From Nitrosopumilus sp. (GTDB lineage: Archaea; Thermoproteota; Nitrososphaeria; Nitrososphaerales; Nitrosopumilaceae), in the NCBI GenBank assembly GCA_963667665.2, contig OY763927.2, positions 1,248,001 through 1,312,000 of the forward strand: a DNA stretch of 64,000 bases, given 5' to 3'. The position numbers and the translations under genes are program-made. The notes under the pieces are model-generated. The model was not told the DNA's origin and ran no database searches. It worked only from the letters and a program-made list of their open reading frames with translations. Positions 19,735 to 29,517 of the stretch are shown here, one piece after another. The stretch's first letter is position 1. Each line of letters starts with the position of its first letter.

Positions 19735-21047
19735 TATTGTAACCCTCCTGGCCCAAGCACTCCAGCGTAAAGCAAACCAAGTGCAATAAAGATGTTAATG
19801 AAACAAAGACCGATGAGTTTGGTCCAACCAAGGTTCAACAATAGATCAACTCTGACTCTTGGGAATACACCTCTTGGCAATATTATAAAGAAAATTACTC
19901 CAGCTGTTTTGAGAACAAACCAAAGTGTTCCATTAAGCATTTCTTGTGTTATTGTATCATGAAGTAATGGTCCCAATCCATCAACAGTGAGAGTAATAGG
20001 ACCCATTTCAATTCCTTCAGTAATAATTTGCTCTGGGAATGCAGGTACAACCATTGGTCCATTCCAACCACCAAGGAACAAAACAACAAACAAGGCTGCA
20101 AACGCATAAAGTTTCAGATAGGATCCTAATTGAACAAGTCCATACATCATTCCTGAGAGTTCTGTTAACCATCCAGCTACAATTTCACTTTCTGCTTCTG
20201 GCAAATCAAATGGAATTCTTTCTAATTCTGCAAGCATTGTAATAAAAAAGACAATAGCACCAATTGGTAAAAATATAATCCATGGGAAATTTGCTTGGCT
20301 TGCTGAAATTTCAGACAGGTTTAGAGTTCCAGTCAACATAACAACTCCCAACAAAGACAAGATTAACGGAATTTCAAATGAAACCATTTGGAATAAAGCT
20401 CTAATTCCTCCAATGAATGGATACTTGCTGTTTGCAGACCATGCAGAAAGAATTGTAATGATTGGGAAGAATCCAATTACTGCAAATACACCAAGTAATC
20501 CCAAGTCTATATCTGCAACGACCCAACCAGGAGCTACTGGAATTAATGCAACAAATGCAGCTGCTGTTGCAACAAAGAGTACTGGTGCTGCCCAGAAAAT
20601 TGGTTTATCAGCTTTTGCAGGTATAATAATTTCTTTAGAAATTAATTTTAATCCATCACCCATTAATTGTAAAATACCTTCAACTTTTCCGCAGTAGAAA
20701 GGACCAACTCTTAGTTGTATTTTTGCCATCATCTTTCTTTCAACGAAAATTACTGAAGCTGCCAATAATGCTGCAAAACCAAATCCAGGAAATGCCATTA
20801 CTCTAAAGATGTCAGTTGTCAGGAATGCATGTATTATCGGAAGAAGGCGTGTAGGATTTACTAAAGCTGAAAATGCAAGAAATGGTGTAAGTAATTCTCC
20901 ATCAATTACAGGCAATGGAATGACAAATAAAATCATGAAAATTGCTGGAACTCCAACTAAAACCAATAACAGTAAGATCCAGAAAATATTGTCAAGTAAT
21001 GATTGGACAAATTTACTTAGTTTGAAGTTTGGTGCAATAACTGACAT
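19734..21047 (-). CDS. nuoH: NADH-quinone oxidoreductase subunit H
   Basis: ERKMMAKIQLRVGP and AELERIPFDLPEAESEIVAGW. Confidence 0.95.
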   Translation of the reverse strand: MSVIAPNFKLSKFVQSLLDNIFWILLLLVLVGVPAIFMILFVIPLPVIDGELLTPFLAFSALVNPTRLLPIIHAFLTTDIFRVMAFPGFGFAALLAASVIFVERKMMAKIQLRVGPFYCGKVEGILQLMGDGLKLISKEIIIPAKADKPIFWAAPVLFVATAAAFVALIPVAPGWVVADIDLGLLGVFAVIGFFPIITILSAWSANSKYPFIGGIRALFQMVSFEIPLILSLLGVVMLTGTLNLSEISASQANFPWIIFLPIGAIVFFITMLAELERIPFDLPEAESEIVAGWLTELSGMMYGLVQLGSYLKLYAFAALFVVLFLGGWNGPMVVPAFPEQIITEGIEMGPITLTVDGLGPLLHDTITQEMLNGTLWFVLKTAGVIFFIILPRGVFPRVRVDLLLNLGWTKLIGLCFINIFIALGLLYAGVLGPGGLQ

Positions 21048-22232
21048 TTACCTATCTGCCTCCACTGGCCAATAATTAAGACTCCAATAAACTGATGGCA
21101 TATTACCAAGTTTTTCACCTTTGAGAAGGTAGGGTAATGCAATCAAGTTTCTAAATGATGGAACACTTAGCTTTAATCTGTATGGCTCAGGTTTTCCATC
21201 AGAAACAATATAGTATCCTAAAGAACCTCTACCAGATTCTACACGTTTGTAAACTGAAGTAAGTCCTTTTCCTTTTGGATTTGGTTTTAGTTTAACTCTA
21301 ACAGAACCAGACTTTGGCATTTTTTGTAATGCTTGTCTAATAATGTTACAACTATCCATTATATCAAGCCATGGTATTTTAGATCTTGCGTAGGCATCTC
21401 CTGCTGTCATTACATTAGTATGGATATCTAATTCATCATAAGCATCATATGGTTCTTTAATTCTTAGATCATAATCTACACCACTTGCACGAAGTACAGA
21501 ACCAGTTGTTCCAAGTCTAATTGCATCTTGACGTGATAGTACACCAGTGTCTTGAGTTCTTGAAATCAGAATTGGGTTATCATAAAAGACTGCTGCATAT
21601 TCTTTAATACGTTTTTCAAAATAGTTTACTTGACGTAAACAAACATCTTCAAAGTTTGGTGGTAAGTCATTTCTTACTCCACCTGGAACAAAATGTGCAT
21701 GTGTAACTCTAGCGCCAGTCATTTTTTCCATAAGATCAATTAAGAGTTCACGGTCACCTGCTGGCCACATGAACATTGTAGAATGTCCTAAGAAGATTCC
21801 ATAAATTGCAAGCCAATACATTATGTAGATACATCTGTTAAGCTCAGATGCAATAACTCTAAGATACTGTGCACGTTCAGGAACTTCAATTCCAAGAATT
21901 TCTTCAACTCCCAATACATAGGGATAAAGAATATTACATGAATCATGAATAACTGGTCTTTCTAAGTGAGGAATGTTTAAGATATAATTTCTATATTCTG
22001 CCATTTTTTCTTCTCCACGATGAACATATCCGGGATCAGGATCACATGCAACGATATAGTCACCATCAATTTGTACAATAAGTCTCATGTGACCAGAACC
22101 TGGATGTTGTGGTCCAACATTGAGAGTCATGATTTTCTCATCAACTTTTTGAAGTGCTAATCCTGGTGGTAACCAATTTGATGATGGTTTTTCCATCTGT
22201 ATTTTTGATGATACTGGTAATTCTGTAGTCAT
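21048..22232 (-). CDS. nuoD: NADH-quinone oxidoreductase subunit D
   Basis: LNVGPQHP, GYVHRGEEK, IASELNR and C-terminal EADR; start at MTTEL. Confidence 0.95.
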   Translation of the reverse strand: MTTELPVSSKIQMEKPSSNWLPPGLALQKVDEKIMTLNVGPQHPGSGHMRLIVQIDGDYIVACDPDPGYVHRGEEKMAEYRNYILNIPHLERPVIHDSCNILYPYVLGVEEILGIEVPERAQYLRVIASELNRCIYIMYWLAIYGIFLGHSTMFMWPAGDRELLIDLMEKMTGARVTHAHFVPGGVRNDLPPNFEDVCLRQVNYFEKRIKEYAAVFYDNPILISRTQDTGVLSRQDAIRLGTTGSVLRASGVDYDLRIKEPYDAYDELDIHTNVMTAGDAYARSKIPWLDIMDSCNIIRQALQKMPKSGSVRVKLKPNPKGKGLTSVYKRVESGRGSLGYYIVSDGKPEPYRLKLSVPSFRNLIALPYLLKGEKLGNMPSVYWSLNYWPVEADR

Positions 22233-22234
22233 CT

Positions 22235-22852
22235 CTATCTTCCCTTTATTGTAAAGTCCTTTCTGAGTGGAGGTAAATCTGCCCAATCTTCTGGCAAAAG
22301 TAATCGTCTATTATCAGGATGACCTTCAAAGTAAACACCAAACATTTCAAAAACTTCCCTTTCATGAAATTCTACACTGTAAAATACATCTCTAAGAGTA
22401 GGAAGTTTTGTTGCATCACTTCCAGGAATTGGATTTTCTTCTCGTTGAGCCCTAGTAGATAAAGCAAGAATTTGTCTTGCTAATGAGGGATCGGAGTAAG
22501 AGCCTATGTGATATACAACTGCAATTTCTTGTTCTAGAGGATAATCTACACCTGAAACAGATTCTACATGATCATAGTTTAATTCATCACGAATGAATTC
22601 TGCAACATCATGAACATTTTCTCGGCCAACATTAATTCCAATTCTGTCTTCTTTTACAAATGCAACTTCAACTTTATCACCAAACTTTTCAACAATTTTA
22701 TCAGAAATATTTTTTTCAAATGCAGGTAATTCTATTGATGTTTCTTCAGGTTTTTTTACTACAGGTTTTGTTTCAGGTTTAACTTCAGGTTTTGCATCTG
22801 CAGGTTTTGTTTCAGGTTTAGCATCTGCAGGTTTTTCAGAATCAGAACTCAT
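22235..22852 (-). CDS. nuoC: NADH-quinone oxidoreductase subunit C
   Basis: HEREVFEMFGVYFEGHPDNRRLLLPEDW and PLRKDF; repetitive KPADAKPE N-terminus. Confidence 0.95.
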   Translation of the reverse strand: MSSDSEKPADAKPETKPADAKPEVKPETKPVVKKPEETSIELPAFEKNISDKIVEKFGDKVEVAFVKEDRIGINVGRENVHDVAEFIRDELNYDHVESVSGVDYPLEQEIAVVYHIGSYSDPSLARQILALSTRAQREENPIPGSDATKLPTLRDVFYSVEFHEREVFEMFGVYFEGHPDNRRLLLPEDWADLPPLRKDFTIKGR

Positions 22853-23376
22853 TATACAAACGTCCTAGCCTTCATTCTCTTTATTTTCTCTTGCAGTAAA
22901 ATACATCCTTGGATGAGAGTTTCAGGTCTAGGTGGGCAGCCTGGAACATAGACATCAACTGGAATTACTCCGTCAATTCCTGGAAGTACATTGTATGAAT
23001 CAAAATACAATCCTCCAGTAATTGCACAAGCTCCCATAGCAATTACATACTTTGGTTCTGGCATTTGATCATAAACTAATCTGAGACGTGGTGCCATTTT
23101 TCTTGTAATAGTTCCTTGAACAACAATTAGATCACATTGTCTAAGTGATCCAAATGCTTCAATGATACCAAATCTTTCAACATCATATCTAGGACTTGAT
23201 GCTGCGCCAAATTCAACACTGCAACAAGCTGTTTCAATGTGGACAGGCCAGAGTGACCAAATTCTACCCCAGTTGATGGCGTAGCCCAATGGTTTACCAA
23301 TTGCTTTTTCTAAAATGTCTCCTAACTTTCCTACAAAGACATTTGCATTTTCTGGTGTTACTAAGTCTTTAAGCAA
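22852..23376 (-). CDS. nuoB: NADH-quinone oxidoreductase subunit B
   Basis: ACCSVE, AMGACAITGG and PVDVYVPGCPPRPE. Confidence 0.96.
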   Translation of the reverse strand: MLKDLVTPENANVFVGKLGDILEKAIGKPLGYAINWGRIWSLWPVHIETACCSVEFGAASSPRYDVERFGIIEAFGSLRQCDLIVVQGTITRKMAPRLRLVYDQMPEPKYVIAMGACAITGGLYFDSYNVLPGIDGVIPVDVYVPGCPPRPETLIQGCILLQEKIKRMKARTFV

Positions 23377-23416
23377 TCTTATCCCCTATCCTCATAAATG
23401 AAATTGATATAAAAAA

Positions 23417-23791
23417 CTACCATATTCTTCTTCTCCCTGATTGATACAATGCAAATGCCATTGCACCAAACATTATAGCTAAAAATCCCATCATAGGTAA
23501 TGTTGCACTCTTTGGAAGTTCCAAAAGAGAACTTCCCCATGCATACAAGAAAATTGCCATGACATCAAATACTACAAACATCAGAATGTATGGATAATAT
23601 TGCATCATAAAGTGAGTTCGTCCTTCTCCTGACGGAACTTGGCCACATTCCATTGGCAAAAATTTTACAGGATTACTTCGTTTTCTTGGAGAAATCATTC
23701 TTGAAATAACTAATGCAGGTGCCATCGCTACTATACCAAAGGCAAACATCAGTACCACTGTACTATAATTGCCCGCTAATTCCCCGACCAA
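23417..23791 (-). CDS. nuoA: NADH-quinone oxidoreductase subunit A
   Basis: PMECGQ and YYPYILMFVVFDV; first gene of the operon; start uncertain. Confidence 0.93.
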   Translation of the reverse strand: MVGELAGNYSTVVLMFAFGIVAMAPALVISRMISPRKRSNPVKFLPMECGQVPSGEGRTHFMMQYYPYILMFVVFDVMAIFLYAWGSSLLELPKSATLPMMGFLAIMFGAMAFALYQSGRRRIW

Positions 23792-23904
23792 TTTAGCTAT
23801 TTGACCGAATTTTTGTATAAAAAGGTATGCTTACTTTTCTAGATCTTGTTTTAAAAAAAATGGTTTTTGAAAACTACTTAATAGGATTATAACGAAAAAC
23901 GTTC

Positions 23905-24369
23905 ATGACATTAAATATTGGGGATGTTGCTCCTGATTTTGAACTTCCAGATACAGAACTAAAGTTGCGGACTTTGGATGAATTTAAAGGAAAAAAAATT
24001 ATACTATCATTCATTGTAGCTGCAAGTTCTCCAGTTTGTGAAGCTGAACTTTGTACACTAAGGGATTCTTGGCAAGAGATTTCAGATCTTGGTGCACAAA
24101 TAATCTCAATCAGTAATGATGGTCCATTTGCAAATAAAGCATTTGCAGAAAAACACCACTTCAATTTTCCATTATTAGGGGATTATAACAGTAAAACAAT
24201 TCGTGATTATGACATATTGATGAAAGATTTACTTCACATTAAGGATTACAATGCTGCAAAACGTTCTGTATTCATAATAATGGAAGATGGAAAGATTGGT
24301 TACAAATGGGTTTCAGAAGATCCATTAAAAGAACCAAACTATGAAGAAATTAAAAATTTCTTAAAATAG
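23905..24369 (+). CDS. Peroxiredoxin/redoxin (AhpC/TSA family)
   Basis: IGDVAPDFELP, SPVCEAELC, FPLLGD and KRSVFI. Confidence 0.88.
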   Translation: MTLNIGDVAPDFELPDTELKLRTLDEFKGKKIILSFIVAASSPVCEAELCTLRDSWQEISDLGAQIISISNDGPFANKAFAEKHHFNFPLLGDYNSKTIRDYDILMKDLLHIKDYNAAKRSVFIIMEDGKIGYKWVSEDPLKEPNYEEIKNFLK

Positions 24370-24380
24370 AAAAAAGTTTT

Positions 24381-24893
24381 TTATTCTATTTCTGCAACTA
24401 CGTCGCCTTTGGCAACAGTTGCAGTTTCCTTTACTTTAATTGATTTTATAACACCATCTTTGTGTGCTTTGATAGCTACTTGCATTTTCATAGACTCTAA
24501 AGTACAGACAACATCACCTTTCTTTACAGAATCACCATCAGTAACTGCAATTGATACAACCTTTCCTGGAATTTGACTTTTCAAAGCTAATTGTGCATCA
24601 CCAGTACCACCTCTGCCAGTATTTTTGTAAACAATTTCATCAAAGTGGGAATTAATGTTTAGAGTAATTGGGACATTATCAATTACAAGATTCATTTCAT
24701 TTGTAGATTGTTCAAGATATTTTGCTCGGTGATAGTTTTGATCTAAAATAAATTCAATTCCTTTTGAACTCATATTAATAATTTTTAATGTATGCTCATT
24801 ATCATTAATCTTAATAACATATTCATTATTACCAAGATTTTCTATTATTTTTCCTTCAAATGATTTTTCAATGTCGGGTATTTTATAATCCAT
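24381..24893 (-). CDS. accB: Biotin carboxyl carrier protein of acetyl/propionyl-CoA carboxylase
   Basis: ESMKM biotinylation motif; operon context. Confidence 0.92.
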   Translation of the reverse strand: MDYKIPDIEKSFEGKIIENLGNNEYVIKINDNEHTLKIINMSSKGIEFILDQNYHRAKYLEQSTNEMNLVIDNVPITLNINSHFDEIVYKNTGRGGTGDAQLALKSQIPGKVVSIAVTDGDSVKKGDVVCTLESMKMQVAIKAHKDGVIKSIKVKETATVAKGDVVAEIE

Positions 24894-24899
24894 AATTCA

Positions 24900-26387
24900 T
24901 CAATCCAATTTATTTTTCCAATTAGAATTATTGTTAGTAATATTTTGTACACGACTCTTAAAGTATTCAGAATGAATTATTGCAGCAACCAAAGCTGCTT
25001 CACTTTTCTCTTCTTTTTCTTTCTTAAGATCTTTAGTTAATCTATCAATCATGCCATGACGCTTGAGAAAATCAGTGGATAATTCTCCATTTTTGTATTC
25101 ATCGGAATTTAGAATTGTTTTGTATAGAGGAATTGAAGTTTCCACTCCTTGAATGTAAAAGTCATTTAATGCTGAAAGCATTCTAGTTCTAGATTCTTCA
25201 AATGTTTGACCCCATGTACAGAGTTTTGCCATAAGTGAGTCATAAAATGGAGAAACTGCACATCCAGGATATAGATAAGTGTCACATCTAACACTTGGTC
25301 CTGCGGGAATTGTTACATCTGGAATAGGGCCAGTAGATGGAGCAAAGTCCAAGAACGTATCTTCTGCATTGATTCTACATTCTATTGCATAGCCATTCAT
25401 TTTGAGATCACTTTGTTTGAATGTAATTGCTTCTCCATTTGCAATATCGATTTGCAATTTGACCAAATCCAACCCAGATACAAGTTCTGTGATTGGATGT
25501 TCTACTTGTAATCTTGCATTAATTTCAATAAAATAAAATTCGCCATCATCAGCTCTTAGAAATTCAGCAGTTCCTAAATTTGTATAACCAACTGCATCAG
25601 CTGCTTTACAAACTAATGCACCTATACGATTTCTTGTTTCTTCATCAACAGCAGGTGAAGGAGTTTGTTCGATTAATTTTTGATTTCGTCTTTGAATTGA
25701 ACATTCTCGCTCAAAGATATGAACAGTATTACCATGAGTATCTCTAGCCATTTGAAATTCAATGTGTCGAGTTTTTTCAAGAAATTTTTCTACAAGAATG
25801 GCTGATTTTCCTACTGATGCCATTGATTCGCCTGTAACAGCTTCATAGCCTTCGCGTAATTCTTTATCACTAGTTACTATTCTAATTCCACGACCACCAC
25901 CACCATAAACTGATTTTAACATTACAGGATAACCAATTTTATTTGCAATTTTTTCTGCATCATCTGCATCTTTTACTAGACCGGGACTTCCAGGAACAGT
26001 TGGAACTTTAGCTTTTAACATTGCAGCTTTGCATTTCATTTTGTCACCACAGAGATCCATTGAATCAGCAGACGGACCAATAAAATTAATTTTATTTTTT
26101 TCACATAAACGAGCAAAGTCATCATTTTCAGAAAGAAAACCATAACCTGGATGAACAGCATCTGCACCAGAGGATAACATAACTTCCAGAATTTTTTCTT
26201 GATTAAGATATGATTTTGTAGGAGTAGCCTCTCCAATGTAATATGCTTCAGTAGCTTGTTTTACATGCATTGAATTGTAATCTTCATCAGAATAAACTGC
26301 AACTGATTTGATTCCAAGTCTTTTACATGTTCTAATTACACGTAAAGCAATTTCTCCTCTGTTTGCGATAAGTACTTTTTCAATCAT
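24900..26387 (-). CDS. accC: Biotin carboxylase subunit of acetyl/propionyl-CoA carboxylase (3HP/4HB cycle)
   Basis: KVLIANRGEIA, HPGYGFLSEN, GGGGRG, ERECSIQRRNQK and NARLQVEHP. Confidence 0.96.
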   Translation of the reverse strand: MIEKVLIANRGEIALRVIRTCKRLGIKSVAVYSDEDYNSMHVKQATEAYYIGEATPTKSYLNQEKILEVMLSSGADAVHPGYGFLSENDDFARLCEKNKINFIGPSADSMDLCGDKMKCKAAMLKAKVPTVPGSPGLVKDADDAEKIANKIGYPVMLKSVYGGGGRGIRIVTSDKELREGYEAVTGESMASVGKSAILVEKFLEKTRHIEFQMARDTHGNTVHIFERECSIQRRNQKLIEQTPSPAVDEETRNRIGALVCKAADAVGYTNLGTAEFLRADDGEFYFIEINARLQVEHPITELVSGLDLVKLQIDIANGEAITFKQSDLKMNGYAIECRINAEDTFLDFAPSTGPIPDVTIPAGPSVRCDTYLYPGCAVSPFYDSLMAKLCTWGQTFEESRTRMLSALNDFYIQGVETSIPLYKTILNSDEYKNGELSTDFLKRHGMIDRLTKDLKKEKEEKSEAALVAAIIHSEYFKSRVQNITNNNSNWKNKLD

Positions 26388-26393
26388 TTTAAA

Positions 26394-27941
26394 TCACAGA
26401 TTTATGTTTCCGTGTTTTCTTGGTAGTTGTTTTGCTCTTTTGTTTTCAAGCATATCTAGTGCTTTTATTAGCATAGGTCTTGTTTCAGCAGGATCAATTA
26501 CATTATCAACAGTTCCATGAGAGGCTGCAACGTAAGGATTTTCAAATTTTTCTGCAAATTCATCGATTAATTCTTTTTTAAGAGATTCAGGGTCTTCAGC
26601 TTTTGCAAGTTCTTTTCTATACATGATTTTTACGGCTGCTTCTCCACCTAAAACTGCACATCTTGCAGTTGGCCATGCATAGTTGATGTCAGTTCTAAGA
26701 TTTTTACTTCCCATTGCAATGTATGCACCGCCATATGCTTTGCCAATTACTAAAGTAATTCTTGGAACAGTAGCTTCACAAAATGCAAAGAGTAGTTTAC
26801 TTCCATGTCTAATGATTCCATTGTGTTCTTGATTAGAACCAGGCATGTAACCAGGAGTGTCAACTAAAGTGATAAGAGGTATGTTAAATGAATCACAGAA
26901 TCTGATGAAACGTGCAGCTTTGTTTGATGAATCAATATCAAGTGCACCAGCAAGATGCATAGGATTGTTTGCAATAAATCCAACAACTCTTCCATTCATT
27001 CTTCCATAACCAACTACAATATTTGGTGCAAACAATTCATGCACTTCAAAGAATTCGTGATTATCAACAATTGAGTTAATGATATCTTTCATGTCATAAG
27101 GTTGCAAAGGATTTTCTGGAATTATATTAATCAGATTATGATCTAATCTATTTGGATCATCATCAGTTGTAGTTTTAGGTGGCTCTTCAGTATTATTTTG
27201 TGGAAGATATGAAAGTAGTTTTTTGACATAATCCATACACTCGTATTCATTTTCTGCAACGAAATGTGCAACTCCACTTTTTGTACCATGTGTCATTGCA
27301 CCACCAAGATCTTCAAATGAAATTTCTTCACCTAATACAGTTTTGACTACATCAGGTCCTGTAACAAACATAGTTCCTATCTTGTTAACCATAATTACAA
27401 AGTCAGTCATTGCGGGAGAGTAAACAGCACCACCTGCAGAAGGACCAATGCTTGCAGTAATTTGTGGAATAACTCCAGAAGCTAATTGATTGTAATAAAA
27501 AATATCTGCAAAGCCATCAAGACTCATAATTCCTTCTTGGATTCTAGCACCACCAGAATCCATTATCCCAATAATTGGGCATCCTGTTTTAAGTGCATGT
27601 TCCGTAAGTTTTGTAATTTTTTGAGCTCCCATTCTACTTAGTGTACCACCAAGTATAGTAAAGTCATAAGCAAAGACAAAGATTTGTCTACCATTTACTG
27701 TCCCATATCCACAAATTACACCATCTGTAAAGAATTTCTTTTTCTGCATATCATATTCATGATAGTGATGAGTGGTTAATGGATCCATTTCAGTAAAAGT
27801 ACCTTCGTCGAGTAAAAGATTAATTCGTTCACGAGCAGTTAATTTGCCCTTATCATGTTGAGCCTTGATTCTATCTTGGCCCCCTCCTTGTAATGCTATG
27901 TTATTCTTTTTAGTATATTCTTCAATCTTTTCAGAATGCAT
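26394..27941 (-). CDS. pccB: Acyl-CoA carboxylase carboxyltransferase subunit
   Basis: GKLTARERI, DSGGARIQEG, GKAYGGAYIAM and KHGNINL. Confidence 0.95.
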   Translation of the reverse strand: MHSEKIEEYTKKNNIALQGGGQDRIKAQHDKGKLTARERINLLLDEGTFTEMDPLTTHHYHEYDMQKKKFFTDGVICGYGTVNGRQIFVFAYDFTILGGTLSRMGAQKITKLTEHALKTGCPIIGIMDSGGARIQEGIMSLDGFADIFYYNQLASGVIPQITASIGPSAGGAVYSPAMTDFVIMVNKIGTMFVTGPDVVKTVLGEEISFEDLGGAMTHGTKSGVAHFVAENEYECMDYVKKLLSYLPQNNTEEPPKTTTDDDPNRLDHNLINIIPENPLQPYDMKDIINSIVDNHEFFEVHELFAPNIVVGYGRMNGRVVGFIANNPMHLAGALDIDSSNKAARFIRFCDSFNIPLITLVDTPGYMPGSNQEHNGIIRHGSKLLFAFCEATVPRITLVIGKAYGGAYIAMGSKNLRTDINYAWPTARCAVLGGEAAVKIMYRKELAKAEDPESLKKELIDEFAEKFENPYVAASHGTVDNVIDPAETRPMLIKALDMLENKRAKQLPRKHGNINL

Positions 27942-28043
27942 AACAGTGATCTAAAGCATGAGGGTTTCATATATTAATTTAATTTGGTATTAAAAAAATT
28001 ATCAAATTTTTACAAAAATTCAAGTATTATTCATTTTAGAAAT

Positions 28044-28355
28044 TTAGGAGTTAAGAATTATGAATTTCTTTTTGGTTGATTTTTGGTAAGAGTCAAAAGC
28101 ATCTTTTTCCTCACTGCATTTCTTACAGATACATAATTGAGATACATTTGGAATATCACAATTTTCCTGAAATTCACATTGCGAACAACCAGCAGAAGCA
28201 CCACATACTGCGCATTGTAATTCATTGATTTGAGCACATTTTTCATGTTTTACACCTAATCCTTTTGCCCATAAGCCAATTTCATTGACTTTAATTTTTT
28301 CATTACACACTATACAAGTTCCTGGAAACTTCATAGGAATTTTTCTCCAACTCAT
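28044..28355 (-). CDS. Cys-rich zinc-binding hypothetical protein
   Basis: CIVC...W...HEKC followed by CAVC, CSQC and CICKKC; start overlaps the rfcL stop. Confidence 0.7.
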   Translation of the reverse strand: MSWRKIPMKFPGTCIVCNEKIKVNEIGLWAKGLGVKHEKCAQINELQCAVCGASAGCSQCEFQENCDIPNVSQLCICKKCSEEKDAFDSYQKSTKKKFIILNS

Positions 28356-29512
28356 TGGATTAGTTCAATCTCCTTGTCGATAATATCACCAAAAGTTTCT
28401 TCTAGGTCTAATTCAAGAGTATTATTTTTAATACAAAATAAAACATAAGGAAAACAAAGTGCTACAAAAGTACTAGATGATGTATGTAATTTTTTTGCCA
28501 TGACAGATGATAATGACTTTATTTTTTTGCCATCCCAACGAATTCTATTAAGTAAAGGCCATGAAAGATTGTATTGTGAATATCTAATTCTGTCATCATT
28601 TTGATACAATTCTATCAAAACATCATTAAGATAACGTAAAAGTCTCCAATTCTGAGTTTTCATAATCTTACCATAAAGCATATCAGCATTTGAAATAACT
28701 TTTAGATATTTTGCAAGTGTTATATTATCTAAATCACTTGTGATTATACTAGAATAAAATGCATCAATCTTTGTTCTTGGATCAATTTGCATAGAATACA
28801 AAACACCTCTAGCTTCTTCAATGGAATTTGCTTTAAAGAATGCATTTACTCCATCTTCAACATTAATACTTTCAAAAGACGTTTCAGTTTGAGGATTAAA
28901 TCCAGTTACTAAAGATTGAGTCAAATTAATCATTGAGCGGATATCTCCATGTGATTTGTCAATAACTTTGATCAAAGAGCCAGGACTTAGTTTTGCACCC
29001 TCTTTTTTCAGAATATTTTCAAGATAGACTCTCAAAAGACGAGGAGGAATTCTTTTGAAGTGGATTGTTTTAACCACTTTTTTGATACCTTTCATTTTGT
29101 CTAATGCATCATCGTTTGCAGCAAGGATGATAGGTACTGTTGGTTCTTTTAGAATATCAACAAGGGCTGCGGCTCCTCCATAATCACCACGACCATGAAT
29201 GCCATCTACCTCATCAACAAATATCATTGGAGTTCCTAAAACACTCACATTACCTAAGACAGGTATGAGAATTTCATTAAGTCTGGATTTACTTCGGGCA
29301 TCACTAGCATTAAGCCCAATCATATCATATTCAAATTGTTTTGCTATAAGATAGGCTATTGTGGTTTTTCCAATTCCAGGTGGTCCAACTAAAAGAAGAG
29401 GTTTTGTTCCTTTCTTCCATTTTGTAAACCATTCCATGATAGCAGCACGAGGTTCTTCGTTTCCCACCATATCAGAAATAATCTGAGGTCGGTGTTTTTC
29501 AGACCACATCAA
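28352..29512 (-). CDS. rfcL: Replication factor C large subunit
   Basis: WSEKHRP, GPPGIGKTT, LNASDAR, DEVDG, GDIRSMIN and QNWRLLRY. Confidence 0.92.
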   Translation of the reverse strand: MMWSEKHRPQIISDMVGNEEPRAAIMEWFTKWKKGTKPLLLVGPPGIGKTTIAYLIAKQFEYDMIGLNASDARSKSRLNEILIPVLGNVSVLGTPMIFVDEVDGIHGRGDYGGAAALVDILKEPTVPIILAANDDALDKMKGIKKVVKTIHFKRIPPRLLRVYLENILKKEGAKLSPGSLIKVIDKSHGDIRSMINLTQSLVTGFNPQTETSFESINVEDGVNAFFKANSIEEARGVLYSMQIDPRTKIDAFYSSIITSDLDNITLAKYLKVISNADMLYGKIMKTQNWRLLRYLNDVLIELYQNDDRIRYSQYNLSWPLLNRIRWDGKKIKSLSSVMAKKLHTSSSTFVALCFPYVLFCIKNNTLELDLEETFGDIIDKEIELIQ

Positions 29513-29517
29513 TTATA

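Noticed and set aside
13298-23791. Missing nuoEFG and nuoM-before-nuoL order as a novelty
   Set aside because: Established features of thaumarchaeal complex I operons
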